A stretch of 64,000 bases of DNA from Chlorokybus atmophyticus (taxonomy: Eukaryota > Plantae > Mesostigma and Chlorokybus algae). The stretch lies in NCBI GenBank assembly GCA_009103225.1, contig RHPI01002262.1:124001-188000 (forward strand), written 5' to 3'. Under the pieces are notes generated by a model, which worked only from the letters and a program-made list of their open reading frames with translations, made no database searches and was not told where the DNA came from. Position numbers and translations under genes: made by a program. Each line of letters starts with the position of its first letter. Within the stretch, counting starts at the first letter, position 1. Shown piece after piece: positions 61,682-64,000 of this stretch.

Positions 61682-63749
61682 CATAGCCTAGTGGTCGGGC
61701 CCCAATTGTTACAATGGTATCGGAGCTTGACGTCTCAAGTTCAATTCCCGTAGGGGACTGAGGCGGATCCAGGGCAATAACAAAACATTTGGGCGGCTTG
61801 CCCTAGGCTGGGCGCGGGATCACGACCTGCGCGCCGAGCCAGTTCAACCTAAAGTCGCGTGAGCGGTCGCGCTGCGATGGCAGGTCGCGCGGTGAGGCCG
61901 TTCGATCGGTCAGGGCCGTTCGATCGGTCGGATCCAACAGGCCGCGGGCAGACTGATCATGGTACGGTCGAGATTACGGCGACGTGGGCTAGTGCCTCAT
62001 TGGATTATAAGGAATTTTTGAGTTGAATTCGGGAGGAATATCACAAATTGAGATAAATTGTGACAGACCTCACTCATGGTAGTGTTGTTTACTACCATAG
62101 CCTAGTGGTCAAGCCCCAATTGTCACAATGATGATGTGTATAGCTTTAGCATGCAGCGTCTATGCATTTTCAAAATGTCGCCGCGTCCTCAATTGCGTTG
62201 GGGAGTACAGGCGCATTGTTAATGAGTTGGTTACAACTGTTATCACGATTTACACATGCCTTTCTCACGACTTAAACCTTTAATTACGTCAAAGAAAAGA
62301 ATCTTTGACATTGTTCAGGATCTAGTGCTTACAATTGTCACCAGCGGAGTGCCGTTTGTGACAGGTTGTATCAATATTTCGGCTACAGTCATAACATATA
62401 TATGGATCCGCCGTGAAGTTTACAAAATCCGCAAGTTATGTCCAACTTCGTCCATTACAAAGTTGCAGATCCAGCCTGACTTGCCGAAACCCTTTTCTAC
62501 CGATGAAGGACACATGTCCTCACCTTGTGGTTGAAGAGCTTTGGCACCCCCGTGAACGGCCTCTCACCCGAACACCCCACGTGAAGCCCCACACGAGGAA
62601 GCACGGCAAGGCAATGTAGACCCAAGTCTCTAATGCCTTGCCTACTGAGCATACTCACTCATTTATATACCCCTGGTGCCTTATCTAGTCACTTAAGGGT
62701 GGTGGGTGTTTCCACCAATGGTGCCTCGTTCGGACCCTAATGTAATTTAAGGCCAACCATCTTGTGACAAGCACTCTTGCACTTGCCCTTATTAGGCTTA
62801 CACCAATCACCTTGAAGGATATCATACCCCTAAGTATGAGCAAGCAATGAAATTGTACTATAATCTCATGGTATTGGCCACACGGTTTTGTGGCCACAGA
62901 TTGTAGATATCAGTCTTTGTGACATCCGTATTGCAGTCTACAGTATCAGCATACTTCTGTGCGATATCCGCATCTGCCTCTTTTAGCACTTTCTAGTTAA
63001 GTGCACATGTAACATCCACAGTGTCTTCCACAATGTGGACATTTGTTGTGATGGTATCCACACCCTTGTGTGCAATATCAATGCTCGACTCTTCTGATAT
63101 TCTCCAGACATAAGTCTCTGTAATATCAAAATCGCAGCTGTGATATGAACATTCGTGTGTAAGATATCCACAGTCATGTACCAGATGTCAACATACTTGT
63201 CTGCTTAGATGTCTTTGTCTACATAATTGACACATGTGTATAATAAACATTTGTGGCTAACTAGCCCACATCAGTGTCTGTCTCATGGACACCTTCATAC
63301 AAGATGTCAACATCTACAATGTAGAGAGGTGTAGCTAATTGTTCCACACCCATCTCTACCTTGTAGTAGCAAGCATACATGCTTGTTGGTTGTCTATGTC
63401 ACATATGTCCAAGCTCTTAGAGCAAACTGCTAGCCGAGTTACATGAATTGTGTGGATAGGTGGCACCCATCCACACATGTGGGTGGGAAGACCCATTATG
63501 AAGCTTGTAACCACCTCATGCAACATGCCAGTTGTTAAGATACACATGAAAGAGAATGCAGCTGTGAAAAAGAACAAGTGTTGCTATCTGCAAATGGTGG
63601 CAAACCTGGATTGAATTCAGACGATGATGCCATTGAGACACTGCGCTCCCATTCAAATCACTTTCATCTTAGATAAAAGCTTTTGAAAGCAGTGCTTACA
63701 ATAAATACCTCACCTGATTTGGTTAGCTGAGAGAAAAAGAAGACACAGT

Positions 63750-64000
63750 GATCGGTGATGAGGTTGACCTCCGCCTTATATGCACTACACCTTCTTTCAG
63801 ATTTCTTTAGCCAAAGCAGCCTCCTTCGACCAACATGCAAACAACACATGGTAATCAGCAACATCTTTTAGCAGTGAACATTACTGGAATTCTCAAGAGT
63901 ACGTAGGAGTAGAGTACAAAATCTGCCCTTACGATAATGCATATTTTGCCAAACCACTAATACTTGGCGATTTTCCTCCAGAATTCCCTTCCCATCCATC
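63750..64000 (-). pseudogene. Possible degenerate 3' remnant of a LINE ORF2 (zf-RVT-like)
   Basis: Fragments EFWRKIAK and C...DVADYHVLFACW...KEI* in broken frames resemble the Cys/His motif at the end of L1-type ORF2. Evidence is weak. Confidence 0.3.

Larger units (their letters stand above)
59649..62127 (+). mobile_element. TRIM (miniature LTR retroelement, about 0.5 kb net) with its 5' LTR interrupted
   Basis: 89-bp LTRs (59649-59708 plus 61685-61713, and 62039-62127; 6 differences), PBS TGGTATCGGAGC at 61715-61726, purine tract GGGAGGAA at 62031-62038, 5-bp TSD ATGAT. Confidence 0.92.
47678..62505. mobile_element. Non-autonomous CACTA/CMC-like element, family A, outer copy (about 1.6 kb net, split by nested insertions)
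   Basis: Ends CACCGGTAGAAATGG and ...TTTTCTACCGATG with a 3-bp flanking duplication AAG. Segments 47678-48616, 59376-59648 and 62133-62505 align in order to the reverse complement of the copy at 49909-51524. Confidence 0.88.

Noticed and set aside
62880-63380. Degenerate gatatc/gacatc periodic sequence
   Set aside because: Too diverged to define a unit or coding frame by eye.

Overview
Eukaryotic nuclear DNA with short spliceosomal introns. The gene content (an IDD zinc-finger gene, a plastid-targeted DHAD, a PCC13-62 protein, and DIRS-like and Crypton-like tyrosine-recombinase elements) best fits a streptophyte green alga; this is an inference. Five apparently intact host genes: coatomer zeta (110-1278 +), IDD-type C2H2 transcription factor (8891-12021 +), dihydroxy-acid dehydratase (14609-18064 +, two GC-AG introns), desiccation-related PCC13-62/ferritin-like protein (18995-20186 -), and an uncharacterised intron-containing gene with bacterial-looking domains and a polyQ linker (40160-43718 -). 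The rest is rich in transposons. These include a 984-bp hAT element with an exact 8-bp TSD that carries a decayed rolling-circle Rep fragment (13451-14434), a decayed two-gene PIF/Harbinger element (21066-24824), and a decayed Crypton-like recombinase gene (about 29.4-35.7 kb). From 47678 to 62505 lies a nest that can be fully resolved. An outer non-autonomous CACTA-like element (TSD AAG) contains a split-direct-repeat DIRS/PAT-like retroelement with an antisense recombinase gene (48617-59375) and a TRIM (59649-62127). These in turn are interrupted by three further CACTA-like insertions, two of which carry a tRNA-like sequence. Perfect palindromes and hairpins are conspicuously common. There are three N gaps. 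No database searches were possible: family names come from motif recognition, and exon models and alignments were made by eye.
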